Below, one piece after another: positions 63,800 to 64,000 of a stretch of 64,000 nt of DNA. The stretch is from Lingula anatina (Eukaryota; Animalia; Brachiopoda), in contig CM120648.1 in assembly GCA_051362555.1 (NCBI GenBank), forward strand, positions 5,514,587-5,578,586. Reading direction: 5' to 3'. A program made the position numbers and the translations under genes. A model generated the notes under the pieces. It saw only the letters and a list, made by a program, of their open reading frames with translations, did no database searches and was not told the DNA's origin. Positions within the stretch are counted from its first letter, which is position 1. Every line of letters starts with the position of its first letter.

Positions 63800-64000
63800 G
63801 AGTGCGTGTTTTCATACACATGTATGTGTGCCTTTGTGCATGTACACGTACATGTGTGTACATATATCAGTGTGTAAAGTGTGTGCATGCCCACCCGTAC
63901 GTGTGTGTGTGTGTATGTGAGAGAGAGAGAGCAAATATCTGAAAAATTAACTTTCATCATGTTTCACATCTGAATTTTAAAAAATAGGCTGAAATATTTA

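Overview
AT-rich, intron-rich animal genomic DNA, most likely a mollusc or other lophotrochozoan judging from the p53-family protein. I assembled six spliced protein-coding genes by hand, checking splice sites and reading phase exon by exon. (1) WRAP73/WDR8 on the minus strand, 3' end off the window. (2) A complete p53/p63/p73-family gene on the plus strand, head-to-head with WRAP73. It has TAD, DNA-binding, oligomerisation, SAM and TID domains, a candidate internal DeltaN promoter/exon preceded by two p53 response elements and a TATA box, and an alternative basic p53/gamma-like terminal exon. (3,4) Two tandem 4-exon genes for secreted single-domain TIMP/NTR-like proteins with an atypical C-x3-C-x24-C N-terminus. 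(5) A PLAC8/cornifelin-family gene preceded by two decayed copies of its first coding exon. (6) PIK3R4/VPS15 on the plus strand, 3' end off the window. The stretch at about 35-50 kb has no recognisable CDS and carries several short non-autonomous DNA transposons. Most ORFs in the supplied track are spurious or partial exons. Protein comparisons are from recalled sequences; no database search was run.
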